Assembly (NCBI GenBank): GCA_028279745.1
Contig: JANQNC010000001.1
Coordinates: 960,001 to 992,000, forward strand
Origin: Candidatus Nanoarchaeia archaeon
GTDB taxonomy: Archaea > Nanobdellota > Nanobdellia > Woesearchaeales > JANQNC01
Direction: 5' to 3'
Length of the DNA: 32,000 nt
The translations under genes were made by a program, and so were the position numbers. The notes under the pieces were generated by a model, which was given only the letters and a program-made list of their open reading frames with translations, had not been told where the DNA came from and ran no database searches. Of the stretch, positions 1-8,226 are shown piece by piece (position 1 is the stretch's first letter; each line of letters starts with the position of its first letter).

Positions 1-1301
1 TTCTTGAAAGAGTAAGAGAAGAAACAATCAACGAAGTAAAAATAGACATGGCCGATTTAGGGGATGTCAAAAAAAGAGATATAATAAGGCAAAAGTTTGA
101 AGAAAAAACAAAAGAGTTGATCACAAAATACTTTCCAGACGCATCAAAAGATCTAGTTGAATTCTTTACATCATTCTTGATACAAAAGAGTATGGGGTTA
201 GGAGACATAGATCTTCTAAAAAATGACGATCTTCTGGAAGAGATAACTGTAAATGGATCTGCAGAACCGGTTTGGGTATACCACAGAAAACACGGGTGGT
301 TAAAGACAAATATTTTACTGCCATCAGAACAACACATCAACCACATATCAACAACAATAGGAAGAGACATAGGAAGACAGATAAATGTTTTAGAACCATT
401 AATGGACGCAAGCTTAGACACGGGGGACAGGGTTAACGCAACATTGATGCCCATCTCAAACAGAGGAAACACAATAACAATAAGGAAATTCTCAAAAACT
501 CCCTGGACAATAGCAAACATAATCAAAGCAGGAACAATATCATCACAAGGAGCAGCACTAGTCTGGTTAGGGATGCAGTATGAACTATCAGCACTAATAG
601 CAGGAGGAACGGGGTCAGGAAAGACAAGTATGATGAATGCATTATCAAACTTTTTCCCTCCAAACCAAAGGATACTAAGTATAGAAGATACAAGAGAGCT
701 AACTTTGCCGGACATTCTACACTGGGTGCCAATGATGACCAGGTTACCCAATGCAGAAGGAAAAGGGGAGGTAACTATGCTTGATCTATTAGTGAATTCA
801 TTGAGGATGAGACCCGACAGGATACTGGTGGGAGAGATAAGAAGACAGAAAGAAGCAGAAGTACTTTTTGAAGCTATCCACACAGGACACTCAGTATACG
901 CAACAATACACGCAAACGACGCAAGAGAAACAATATCAAGACTTACAAACCCACCAATAGAAGTTCCAAAGATGATGCTTCCAGCGCTAAGCATGATAGT
1001 GGTACAGCACAGAAACAGGAGAACTGGTGGAAGAAGAACTTTCCAAATAGCAGAAGTAACAAAAGAAGGAGATCCGAATGTATTACAACAACTTGATCTA
1101 AAAACTGATAAATTATATCAGAAAAACAAATCACAGTCCATACTAGACACTTTAACAATGCACATAGGAATAACCGAGCAAGAGATGCTCCAAGACATGA
1201 AAGAAAAAGAAGGCATACTGAAGTGGTTAGTCAAAGAAAACATAATGGACGTACATAAAATAGGAAGGATAATAGCAGACTATTATCAGAAACATAGTTA
1301 A
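1..1301 (+). CDS. Type IV pilus/archaellum-family secretion ATPase (FlaI/TadA/GspE-like), probably 5' partial
   Basis: The frame is open from base 3 to the listed ATG at 48, so the N-terminus probably lies off-window. Walker A GGTGSGKTS, Walker B-like DRILVGEIR, His-box HTGHSVYATIHAN. Platform and pilin genes follow directly. Confidence 0.85.
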   Translation, partial: LERVREETINEVKIDMADLGDVKKRDIIRQKFEEKTKELITKYFPDASKDLVEFFTSFLIQKSMGLGDIDLLKNDDLLEEITVNGSAEPVWVYHRKHGWLKTNILLPSEQHINHISTTIGRDIGRQINVLEPLMDASLDTGDRVNATLMPISNRGNTITIRKFSKTPWTIANIIKAGTISSQGAALVWLGMQYELSALIAGGTGSGKTSMMNALSNFFPPNQRILSIEDTRELTLPDILHWVPMMTRLPNAEGKGEVTMLDLLVNSLRMRPDRILVGEIRRQKEAEVLFEAIHTGHSVYATIHANDARETISRLTNPPIEVPKMMLPALSMIVVQHRNRRTGGRRTFQIAEVTKEGDPNVLQQLDLKTDKLYQKNKSQSILDTLTMHIGITEQEMLQDMKEKEGILKWLVKENIMDVHKIGRIIADYYQKHS

Positions 1302-1341
1302 GTTTCAATCATTAAGTCAAAAAAAGGGGTGAAGGTAAAGG

Positions 1342-2160
1342 ATGTTTATAGATGATATTTCTGAAAGAATTTCAAAGTCTTTACCTGAGCTAAAAACAGT
1401 TCTGAAACAAGCAGGACTTAAAGGGGAACCGCAACTGTTTGTAAAAAAAACATTAGTGTCAGCAATCTATATGTCAGTTGGAGTAAACATACTGTTCTTA
1501 TTTGCATTCCTTAAATTGGGAATTTCACCATTATTCCTTCTGATATCATTATTGATAATAACCCCAATAATGTTTGCATACTTGATAAAGACACCAGTAG
1601 TATACATACAAAAGAGAAGAAAAGAAATCAATAAAGAGATAATATTTGCAGGCAGAGCATTATTGATAGAACTAGACTCAGGAATATCTTTATTTAACTC
1701 ACTAGTAAGCATATCAAGAGGTTATGGGTTAGTTGGTGAGGAGTTCAAAAAAATAGTAACACAAATCAAGATGGGAACTCACATAGAAGATGCAATAGAT
1801 AAAGTAATAGAAACCACCCCTTCTGATAATCTAAGAAGATTATTATGGCAAATACTTAACTCACTAAAAACCGGATCAAACGTAGCAAGATCAATAGAAG
1901 AAGTACTAGAACAAATAGCAAAAGAACAGATCATAGAAGTAGAAGCATATGGAAAAAAACTGAATCCTCTGGCGATGTTTTACATGATGATGGCAGTAAT
2001 AGTTCCATCCTTAGGAATAACAATGTTAGTAGTATTAGCAAGCCTGATCTCATTTAACATGACCTTGCCGATGTTGATCGGGTTAGCAGTATTTGTAGGA
2101 TTATTCCAAGCGATGTTTATCGTGATGATAAAATCAATGAGGCCAGCAATAGAGCTATAA
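1342..2160 (+). CDS. Pilus platform membrane protein, single T2SSF-like module (TadB/FlaJ-half-like)
   Basis: 272 aa with N-terminal TM helices, a soluble helical segment and C-terminal TM helices. Sits immediately downstream of the secretion ATPase. The domain call comes from architecture and context, not a search. Confidence 0.6.
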   Translation: MFIDDISERISKSLPELKTVLKQAGLKGEPQLFVKKTLVSAIYMSVGVNILFLFAFLKLGISPLFLLISLLIITPIMFAYLIKTPVVYIQKRRKEINKEIIFAGRALLIELDSGISLFNSLVSISRGYGLVGEEFKKIVTQIKMGTHIEDAIDKVIETTPSDNLRRLLWQILNSLKTGSNVARSIEEVLEQIAKEQIIEVEAYGKKLNPLAMFYMMMAVIVPSLGITMLVVLASLISFNMTLPMLIGLAVFVGLFQAMFIVMIKSMRPAIEL

Positions 2161-2161
2161 G

Positions 2162-3172
2162 ATGATAGAAGAAATCGGAAAGTTTGTAACACCAAAAAAA
2201 CTTGAAAAATCATTAAAACAGAAATTAATAGTCTCAGGAATAAAGATGAAACCGGAAGAGGTGACGGGTTCTGCATTTTCTCTTAGTATTTTCGTTTCAT
2301 TGATAATCTTCTTCTTACAAATATTTCCGTTGAGAGATCAGTATGCGGCTAATGGCGCAATGCTGGTCATATTATCATTAGTGTTCTTTTTGATTTTATT
2401 ATTAATCACCTTAGTTGTTTTGGGCGTTGTAATATTTACGTTCTTTAACTTGAGAGGGTATTCAAGAGCAAAACAGATAGAAGAAGTATTGCCTGACTTT
2501 TTGCAATTGACAGCTGCAAACATACGATCAGGAATGATGATAGACAAAGCGATGTGGTTAGCAGTAAGACCAAGATTTGGGATACTTGCAGAAGGGATAG
2601 AGATAGTCGCAAAAAAAACATTATCAGGACATGAAATATCAGATGCGCTAAACGAATTCGTAGCAAAATATGACAGCTTATTATTACAGAGATCCATGCA
2701 TTTAATGATAGAAGGGATGGAGTCAGGAGGAAAGATGGCAGAACTTCTGAATAAGATCTCCTGGAACGTAAGAGAAACACAACTTATGAGAAAAGAGATG
2801 GCAGCAAGCGTAATGACATATGTAATATTCATATCATTTACAGTACTATTGGCAGCACCGTTCCTTTATGGGCTATCATACACATTGTTAACAGTAATAG
2901 GACAGATCATACCTTCACTACCCGAACAATCAGGAACATCTGCAATGATGATAAGCTTCTCAGAAATAAGCATATCACCTGATGAATTTAGCATATTTGT
3001 AATGGTTTCATTAGCGATCACTTCATTATTTTCAGCAATAATAGTATCAACAATACAAAAAGGGTCGGCAAAAGCAGGAATAAAACTCATACCTGCTTTC
3101 ATAGTCGTGTCGGTAGTTTTATTCATAATATTTAGAACGGTGTTATCCTCTGTGTTCTCTGGATTCTTTTGA
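2162..3172 (+). CDS. Second pilus platform membrane protein, T2SSF-like module (TadC/FlaJ-half-like)
   Basis: 336 aa with the same TM-soluble-TM layout. The ATG lies 1 nt after the upstream TAA (2158-2160), in a different frame. Confidence 0.6.
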   Translation: MIEEIGKFVTPKKLEKSLKQKLIVSGIKMKPEEVTGSAFSLSIFVSLIIFFLQIFPLRDQYAANGAMLVILSLVFFLILLLITLVVLGVVIFTFFNLRGYSRAKQIEEVLPDFLQLTAANIRSGMMIDKAMWLAVRPRFGILAEGIEIVAKKTLSGHEISDALNEFVAKYDSLLLQRSMHLMIEGMESGGKMAELLNKISWNVRETQLMRKEMAASVMTYVIFISFTVLLAAPFLYGLSYTLLTVIGQIIPSLPEQSGTSAMMISFSEISISPDEFSIFVMVSLAITSLFSAIIVSTIQKGSAKAGIKLIPAFIVVSVVLFIIFRTVLSSVFSGFF

Positions 3173-3283
3173 CCACTAACGGTATATAAAAAAACGCTAC
3201 ATTTAAATAGGAGAAGTTCCAGGATTGGTATATACCCTTAATTTACAATAAAGAGGTTAAATTAATAGGAGGTGTTAAGGTAA

Positions 3284-3715
3284 ATGAAAAAAGGACAAGC
3301 AGCAATGGAGTTCTTAATGACCTATGGATGGGCAATTCTAGTTGTTCTTATAGCAATTGGAGCTTTAGCTTATTTCGGTGTACTAAGCCCAGATAAACTA
3401 CTGCCAAACCAGTGTAGGTTAGCACAAGGATTGTATTGTAAGTCACACAAAGCTGATACCGCCGGAGTTAGTGTTTTAATAGTGAACTCACTAGGAAAAG
3501 ACATAACTGTAACAGGTATCAACATAACAGACCAGTCAGGATGTGATGCGTCATTCAGTACAGCATTAGCTAATGACCAGCAAGCACAGTTCGACGTGGC
3601 GTGTACAATAACTGCAGGAACAAAGATCAAATCAGATATTGCAGTGACTTACGACGAAACAGGTGGACTTTCAGGGCTTAAGAATTCTGGAAATTTCATC
3701 GCACAAGTAGAATAA
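3284..3715 (+). CDS. Archaeal type IV pilin-like protein with class III signal peptide (Gln at +1)
   Basis: N-terminus MKKG|QAAMEFLMTYGWAILVVLIAIGALAYF: short basic leader, predicted KG|Q cleavage site, Glu at +5, hydrophobic helix. GGAGGTG Shine-Dalgarno at 3268-3274. Four Cys in the globular part. Confidence 0.75.
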   Translation: MKKGQAAMEFLMTYGWAILVVLIAIGALAYFGVLSPDKLLPNQCRLAQGLYCKSHKADTAGVSVLIVNSLGKDITVTGINITDQSGCDASFSTALANDQQAQFDVACTITAGTKIKSDIAVTYDETGGLSGLKNSGNFIAQVE

Positions 3716-3716
3716 A

Positions 3717-3764
3717 TTTTTTTATTTTTTCTACCTTTTTCTTTTATTTTTTTTAGAAACTTAG
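3717..3764 (+). terminator. Oligo-T tracts downstream of the pilin gene (archaeal-style terminator)
   Basis: Several T5-T8 runs immediately after the TAA stop at 3713-3715. Confidence 0.35.
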
Positions 3765-3829
3765 TGTTAGCTGTATAGACAACATTTATATATCCTTAAA
3801 TCAAGAAATAGGAAAAAAGGGATGATATT

Positions 3830-4255
3830 ATGGAATTTACTCTGAAGGAATGGGCGCTGATGTACTTCAAAAACAGAGATATAATGCTCCAGAAGATAGA
3901 TAAGATAGATGAAAAGGATGAGAGTATAATCATTTCTAACAACGATGGCAGTATGAACCATGTTGAAGTGAAAGAGTTTGTAGATGATTTGGAGATTGTT
4001 GTTAATACGTTTAAAGACAAATCAGGTACGCTTGTGATGTTTAACAATAAAGACAATCTTGATTTTGTTATAGATAACTGGCAGAAGTTGATCGAGTTAA
4101 AAGAGTTGACGCTAATATTTGTAAATCCTGAGTCATTACAAGAGAAGAAATGGATAATAAATCCTTATGTACATGATAAAGTAACAGAACCAAAGTCGTT
4201 AAGAGCAGGATTAATCGCATTATTTACTACGGTTGATCCTGTGTTGAAGAAATAG
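3830..4255 (+). CDS. Hypothetical protein (141 aa)
   Basis: Clean ORF with ordinary K/E/D/N-rich composition. The overlapping minus-strand ORFs are L/S/F-rich artefacts. No motif recognised. Confidence 0.5.
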   Translation: MEFTLKEWALMYFKNRDIMLQKIDKIDEKDESIIISNNDGSMNHVEVKEFVDDLEIVVNTFKDKSGTLVMFNNKDNLDFVIDNWQKLIELKELTLIFVNPESLQEKKWIINPYVHDKVTEPKSLRAGLIALFTTVDPVLKK

Positions 4256-4272
4256 ATTAAAAAAATAAAAAA

Positions 4273-4743
4273 TTACTTTTTCTTAGCTGCTGGCTTTGGA
4301 GCTGGTTTAGCGTCTTTAGTAGCAGGCTTAGTTGGTGTATTAACCTGAACTTTAGGAAGCTGTAATGGTGGTGGCAAGTTAATATCATCGCTAAGTACAA
4401 GAGCTTTAACATTGCACTTGTTCAATATGTGGTTCAAAAGAACTGCCATTAAATTCTTTTCAAGCTTCTTTGTCTTTTTCCAACCGTCAATTATTTCTTT
4501 AGCCTTGGATGCTTCTTCTAAATTTAGAACATCACCTTCAAGCTTTATTTCGCCAACGCCTGGTTCGTAACTGCAAATAAATTCAAATCCAAACTTGATC
4601 CCTTCTTGCTTAACCTTTCCTAAAGAAAGATTTTGTCCATCCACACTCACTATCTTAACATTATTATTAATGTTAATCCTGCCAGTTGCAGGTTTTTTTC
4701 TCTCAACGGAGATCTTGTTAAAATTAAATCCTACTATTGCCAT
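4273..4743 (-). CDS. Hypothetical protein with a Lys/Ala/Pro-rich basic C-terminal tail
   Basis: 156 aa. Globular N-terminal part, then the tail PTKPATKDAKPAPKPAAKKK. No family recognised. Confidence 0.55.
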   Translation of the reverse strand: MAIVGFNFNKISVERKKPATGRININNNVKIVSVDGQNLSLGKVKQEGIKFGFEFICSYEPGVGEIKLEGDVLNLEEASKAKEIIDGWKKTKKLEKNLMAVLLNHILNKCNVKALVLSDDINLPPPLQLPKVQVNTPTKPATKDAKPAPKPAAKKK

Positions 4744-4866
4744 ATATTATCACCATCCCAAAAGGGTTTGAAGCTATATTTAAAGGTTTCGGGGCAGTTA
4801 TAAGAAATGTTTATAAAAAGAGAATACAAAGAATGAACTAATCATGTTTTAGTGGAGGATGATAAG

Positions 4867-5844
4867 ATGAAAAAAATAATCTTAATGGTGCTGGTTGCAA
4901 TTATGAGCATTAGTTCTGTTTTTGCAGCAATAGCTGGGTGCGATCCTTTTCTTTTAGGTTCTTGTACTACAAGATGTAATGATATGATTTCGCCTACAGG
5001 TACAGCGGTAGGGTGGAATTTGAATGTTCAAGGTAATAACTTTGTTTGTCAGAGCACAGGTGCTACTTATACGGGTGGGCTTTTTGATATTGATTCAGAT
5101 ATAGCTGATGGGGGATGGTGTAACTCGTTGTCTGTTCCTAGGGTGAATGAGGGTCCGTGTATGCATGTTTACTATTCTGAAACTGAAAGTAATGTTTATT
5201 GCGCGGGCTATGAAAGAGCGGGTGAGCCAGTTACGTTGGCGAATGTAGCGACACATTGTAGGGTGTCAGGTGTTCCTGATTACTCTGCTTTTGATTTTAG
5301 CGATCCTTTCTTTGCAGGAACTGGTGCACCTGGTGGAATAACATTAATAAGCGACTGTGATCCTGCTCTTCCAGGATCTTGTACTGCAAGATGTAATGAT
5401 ATAATGTCTCCTACAGGCACAGCAAATATTTGGAGTTTGAACCTTCAATCTGGTTTTGTTTGTCAGAGCACAGGTGCTACTTATACAGGCGGGCCTTTCG
5501 ATATTGATTCAGACATAGGTGATAGTAGATGGTGTAACTCATTATCTGTTCCAAGGGTGAATGAGGGTCCATGTATGCATGCATACTACTCCGAAACTGA
5601 GAGTAACGTTTATTGCGCAAGCTATAAAAGAGCGGGTGAACCAGTTACGTTGGCAAATGCAGCAACACACTGTAGGGTATCGGGTGTTGAGGACTATTCA
5701 GCTTTTGATTTTAGCGATCCTTTCTTCGCAGGACATTTAGTAGACCAAGTACAGGGTGTACCTGAGATTAGTGTAGCATCTTCAATAATTGCATTGATAG
5801 CAGTTCTTGCAGTAGTCGGAGTTATAGCGGTTAGAAAGCGCTAG
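4867..5844 (+). CDS. Secreted, C-terminally anchored Cys-rich surface protein with two tandem copies of a roughly 126-127 aa domain
   Basis: ATG at 4867 is preferred over the listed GTG at 4852 because GGAGG at 4854-4858 lies 8 nt upstream. Signal peptide MKKIILMVLVAIMSISSVFA. Two 8-Cys repeats. C-terminal TM helix followed by RKR. Confidence 0.75.
   Translation: MKKIILMVLVAIMSISSVFAAIAGCDPFLLGSCTTRCNDMISPTGTAVGWNLNVQGNNFVCQSTGATYTGGLFDIDSDIADGGWCNSLSVPRVNEGPCMHVYYSETESNVYCAGYERAGEPVTLANVATHCRVSGVPDYSAFDFSDPFFAGTGAPGGITLISDCDPALPGSCTARCNDIMSPTGTANIWSLNLQSGFVCQSTGATYTGGPFDIDSDIGDSRWCNSLSVPRVNEGPCMHAYYSETESNVYCASYKRAGEPVTLANAATHCRVSGVEDYSAFDFSDPFFAGHLVDQVQGVPEISVASSIIALIAVLAVVGVIAVRKR
4939..5733 (+). 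repeat. Intragenic tandem duplication, units 4939-5319 and 5356-5733 (period 417 nt)
   Basis: The two units align along their whole length at DNA and protein level, with one 1-codon indel (QGNNF vs QSGF). All 8 Cys are conserved. Confidence 0.85.
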
Positions 5845-5895
5845 AAAAGCAGGTGCTTTTCTGCGCGCAAGAAAACACAAAATGTTTTCTTTGCG
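5844..5895. terminator. Two adjacent hairpins between convergent genes
   Basis: GAAAAGCA-GG-TGCTTTTC at 5844-5861. CGCAAGAAAACA-CAAA-TGTTTTCTTTGCG at 5866-5895 with one bulged T. T-rich sequence follows. Confidence 0.35.
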
Positions 5896-5924
5896 AAATA
5901 ATTTCTTTTTTTCTTTTCCTTTTT

Positions 5925-6353
5925 TTACTGACAATAATCAATCCAAGTTAGAGTTCTTTCAACGTATTTAGAAACAAATTTACCTACAGAGGATGCAGCA
6001 GTGCAAACATTACTGGTATATTCTTCACCAATACAGTATTCAAGACCTTTGGCTAAAGTGTTAGTAGAATATTTCTTAACCTTCATACCGTAAGGTGTTG
6101 TCAATAAAGTATTAGCGATAAGAAGTGTAGTGAGAAACATCTTAATCTTCCCAACCTTGTCTTTTTTTGAGATGAAATCTGTAATGATGTTCCCAGTTCT
6201 TCGTGTAGCGTAAACTGTGCCTGGTGGATCAACTCTAGGGGGAGGGGTATTATTTGTCACAGTTTTCTCTATTCCAGGTGAATAAGTTTTGTTGTAAATC
6301 AAGTCTTCTCTCATATACCCTAATAGGCAACGAAGACTAATAAAAATTACCAA
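5925..6353 (-). CDS. Hypothetical small protein, start uncertain
   Basis: 142 aa ORF. A start at 6353 would leave only 39 nt to the divergent gene at 6393, so the internal Met at 6314 is an alternative. Contains a hydrophobic stretch MFLTTLLIANTLL and 3 Cys. No motif recognised. Confidence 0.4.
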   Translation of the reverse strand: MVIFISLRCLLGYMREDLIYNKTYSPGIEKTVTNNTPPPRVDPPGTVYATRRTGNIITDFISKKDKVGKIKMFLTTLLIANTLLTTPYGMKVKKYSTNTLAKGLEYCIGEEYTSNVCTAASSVGKFVSKYVERTLTWIDYCQ

Positions 6354-6392
6354 ACAAAACCCGAAATTTCTACTAATATATTAGAAAGATTT

Positions 6393-7058
6393 ATGAATAC
6401 ATATAACAAAACCAGAAACATGACAATATTAGTGTTAGCTGCCCACCCAGACGATGAAATACTAGGTGTTGGGGGGACATTAGCTAAATATTCAAAAGAT
6501 AAAGAGAAGATAGTAACTGCTGTTTTTTCTATGGGAGAGATGAGTCCTCCGTGGATCAAACCAGAGATATTAACAGAGACAAGAAAGATTGAGTCAGAAA
6601 AAGCACATAAACTTGTTGGAGTTAATGAATCATACTTCTTAGAACTTACTGATGCGAATTTTGCGAAAGATGCAAAAAAGGAAAAGGTAGATGAAAAAAT
6701 GATGAGAATAATAAAAAAACACAAGCCAAACAAAATATTTACTCATTCACCAGATGATCCGCATCCGCATCATAGACTGGTATATGCGTTAACAATGAAA
6801 GTACTAAAAAAAATGAAGTTTGATACAAATGTATATGTGTATGATGTGTGGAATCCACTATCCTTGTTGAACAGAAATAAGCCTAAAATGTATATAGATG
6901 TAACAAAGACGTTCAAGAAAAAAATAAAAGCGCTGGGTGTATTCAAAAGCCAAAAAGCAGTAATGGCACAGCTGTTACCGGGGATATATGTAAGAGCGAT
7001 AACAAACGGACTTAGTTATGGATGTAAGTATGCAGAAAGATTCACAAAAGTAAAATGA
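6393..7058 (+). CDS. PIG-L/LmbE-family N-acetylglucosaminyl deacetylase
   Basis: ILVLAAHPDDEILGVGGTLAKY N-terminal metal-binding motif and the later HSPDDPHPHH motif. The true start may be the Met at 6420. Confidence 0.8.
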   Translation: MNTYNKTRNMTILVLAAHPDDEILGVGGTLAKYSKDKEKIVTAVFSMGEMSPPWIKPEILTETRKIESEKAHKLVGVNESYFLELTDANFAKDAKKEKVDEKMMRIIKKHKPNKIFTHSPDDPHPHHRLVYALTMKVLKKMKFDTNVYVYDVWNPLSLLNRNKPKMYIDVTKTFKKKIKALGVFKSQKAVMAQLLPGIYVRAITNGLSYGCKYAERFTKVK

Positions 7059-8224
7059 GCATTATAAAAAAGATAGCAAAAGGGACAATAGAAGAAAAGA
7101 GATTAGAAAAGAAAAGACTACTTATAGCAACAGATAGTTTCTTACCAAGATGGGATGGGGTTGCAAGGTTCTTGCTGGAGATGATACCTTATCTTAAAAA
7201 AGAGTTTAAAATAACAATTCTTGCGCCTGATTTTGGAGAGTTAAACGAAGAAGGATTTGAAGATGTTAGGATAATAAGATTTCCAACAACAAAATTTCAG
7301 ATAGCAGACTATAATTTACCAAAACCTAGATGGGGGGTGATAAAAAAAGAAGTAGAAGCACACGATGTTGTGTGGACACAAACACTGGGCCCTATCGGTT
7401 ATTTGGCAATGAAATATGGCAGGAAAAAGAGCAAAAAAGTTGTTGCATATATACATTCAATAGAATGGGAACTGGTATCAAAAGGACTCACAAAGAATGA
7501 GACCTTCAGGAAAGTCATACTATCGATCGCTAAAAAGGCAGTGAAGAAGTTATACAACGATGCAGATATGTTAATGGTGCCATCTGGGGGGATCTCAAAC
7601 TTCTTAACAGAACAAGGAATAAGAACTGACCGGAAAATCATACACTTAGCAACAAACCCCGAAGTATTTAAGCCACCTTTAGATAAAGAAGAAGCAAAAA
7701 GAGAGCTAGAGATGGGTGGAAAAATAATAGGTTTCTGCGGAAGAATAGGAAAAGAAAAAAACCTTGATACATTATACAAAGCTTATAAGTTATTGAAAAA
7801 ACACCACCCCCATCTTAAACTAATCTTTATAGCGGACGGTCCTGAAAGCCAAAAAGAAAAATTCCCGGAAGCGATAATAACGGGAAACACAAGACCTGTG
7901 CCATACTTGCAGGCGCTAGATGTGTTTATACTGCCATCGCTAACTGAAACAACATCATTATCGACAATGGAAGCGATGTCAACAGGATTGCCGGTTGTAG
8001 TAACTAAAGTGGGTTATGTAAAAGATTATGTTACTGATGGAATAAATGGACTGTTCACCCCAAAAAAGAATGTAAGAAAGATGGCAGAAAAGATTGAACG
8101 ATTATTAACACATTCAGAACTAAGAGAAAGATTAGGGCAGAATGCAAGAAAAACAATCTTAAACCATTACTCTTGGGATAAAACTGCAAAAAGAATAGTT
8201 GAAACATTAAAAAAATTATCTTAA
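7055..8224 (+). CDS. GT4-family (GT-B fold) glycosyltransferase
   Basis: C-terminal motif LPSLTETTSLSTMEAMSTGLPVVVTKVGYVKDYVTDGINGLF (E-x7-E type). ATGA overlap with the upstream deacetylase stop at 7055-7058. Confidence 0.8.
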   Translation: MSIIKKIAKGTIEEKRLEKKRLLIATDSFLPRWDGVARFLLEMIPYLKKEFKITILAPDFGELNEEGFEDVRIIRFPTTKFQIADYNLPKPRWGVIKKEVEAHDVVWTQTLGPIGYLAMKYGRKKSKKVVAYIHSIEWELVSKGLTKNETFRKVILSIAKKAVKKLYNDADMLMVPSGGISNFLTEQGIRTDRKIIHLATNPEVFKPPLDKEEAKRELEMGGKIIGFCGRIGKEKNLDTLYKAYKLLKKHHPHLKLIFIADGPESQKEKFPEAIITGNTRPVPYLQALDVFILPSLTETTSLSTMEAMSTGLPVVVTKVGYVKDYVTDGINGLFTPKKNVRKMAEKIERLLTHSELRERLGQNARKTILNHYSWDKTAKRIVETLKKLS

Positions 8225-8226
8225 TT

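Noticed and set aside
523-3630. Minus-strand ORFs inside the pilus genes (523-732, 943-1158, 1467-1712, 1980-2276, 2338-2832, 2445-2780, 2866-3126, 3370-3630)
   Set aside because: Their translations are L/S/F/I-rich and low-complexity, and they lie antisense to ORFs with clear motifs. The purine-rich coding strand rarely contains TTA/CTA/TCA, so the antisense frames stay open by chance.
3767-4056. Minus-strand ORFs 3767-3961 and 3796-4056 overlapping the 3830-4255 gene
   Set aside because: They have the same antisense composition artefact. The plus-strand ORF is longer and has normal amino-acid composition.
48-4866. Listed start codons at 48 (ATPase) and 4852 (GTG, surface protein)
   Set aside because: The ATPase frame is open to base 3, and FlaI-type proteins have a longer N-terminal domain, so 48 is probably internal. 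For the surface protein, ATG 4867 follows GGAGG and gives a canonical signal peptide.
6347-7779. Minus-strand ORFs 6347-6733 and 7399-7779
   Set aside because: They are antisense to the motif-bearing PIG-L and GT4 genes.
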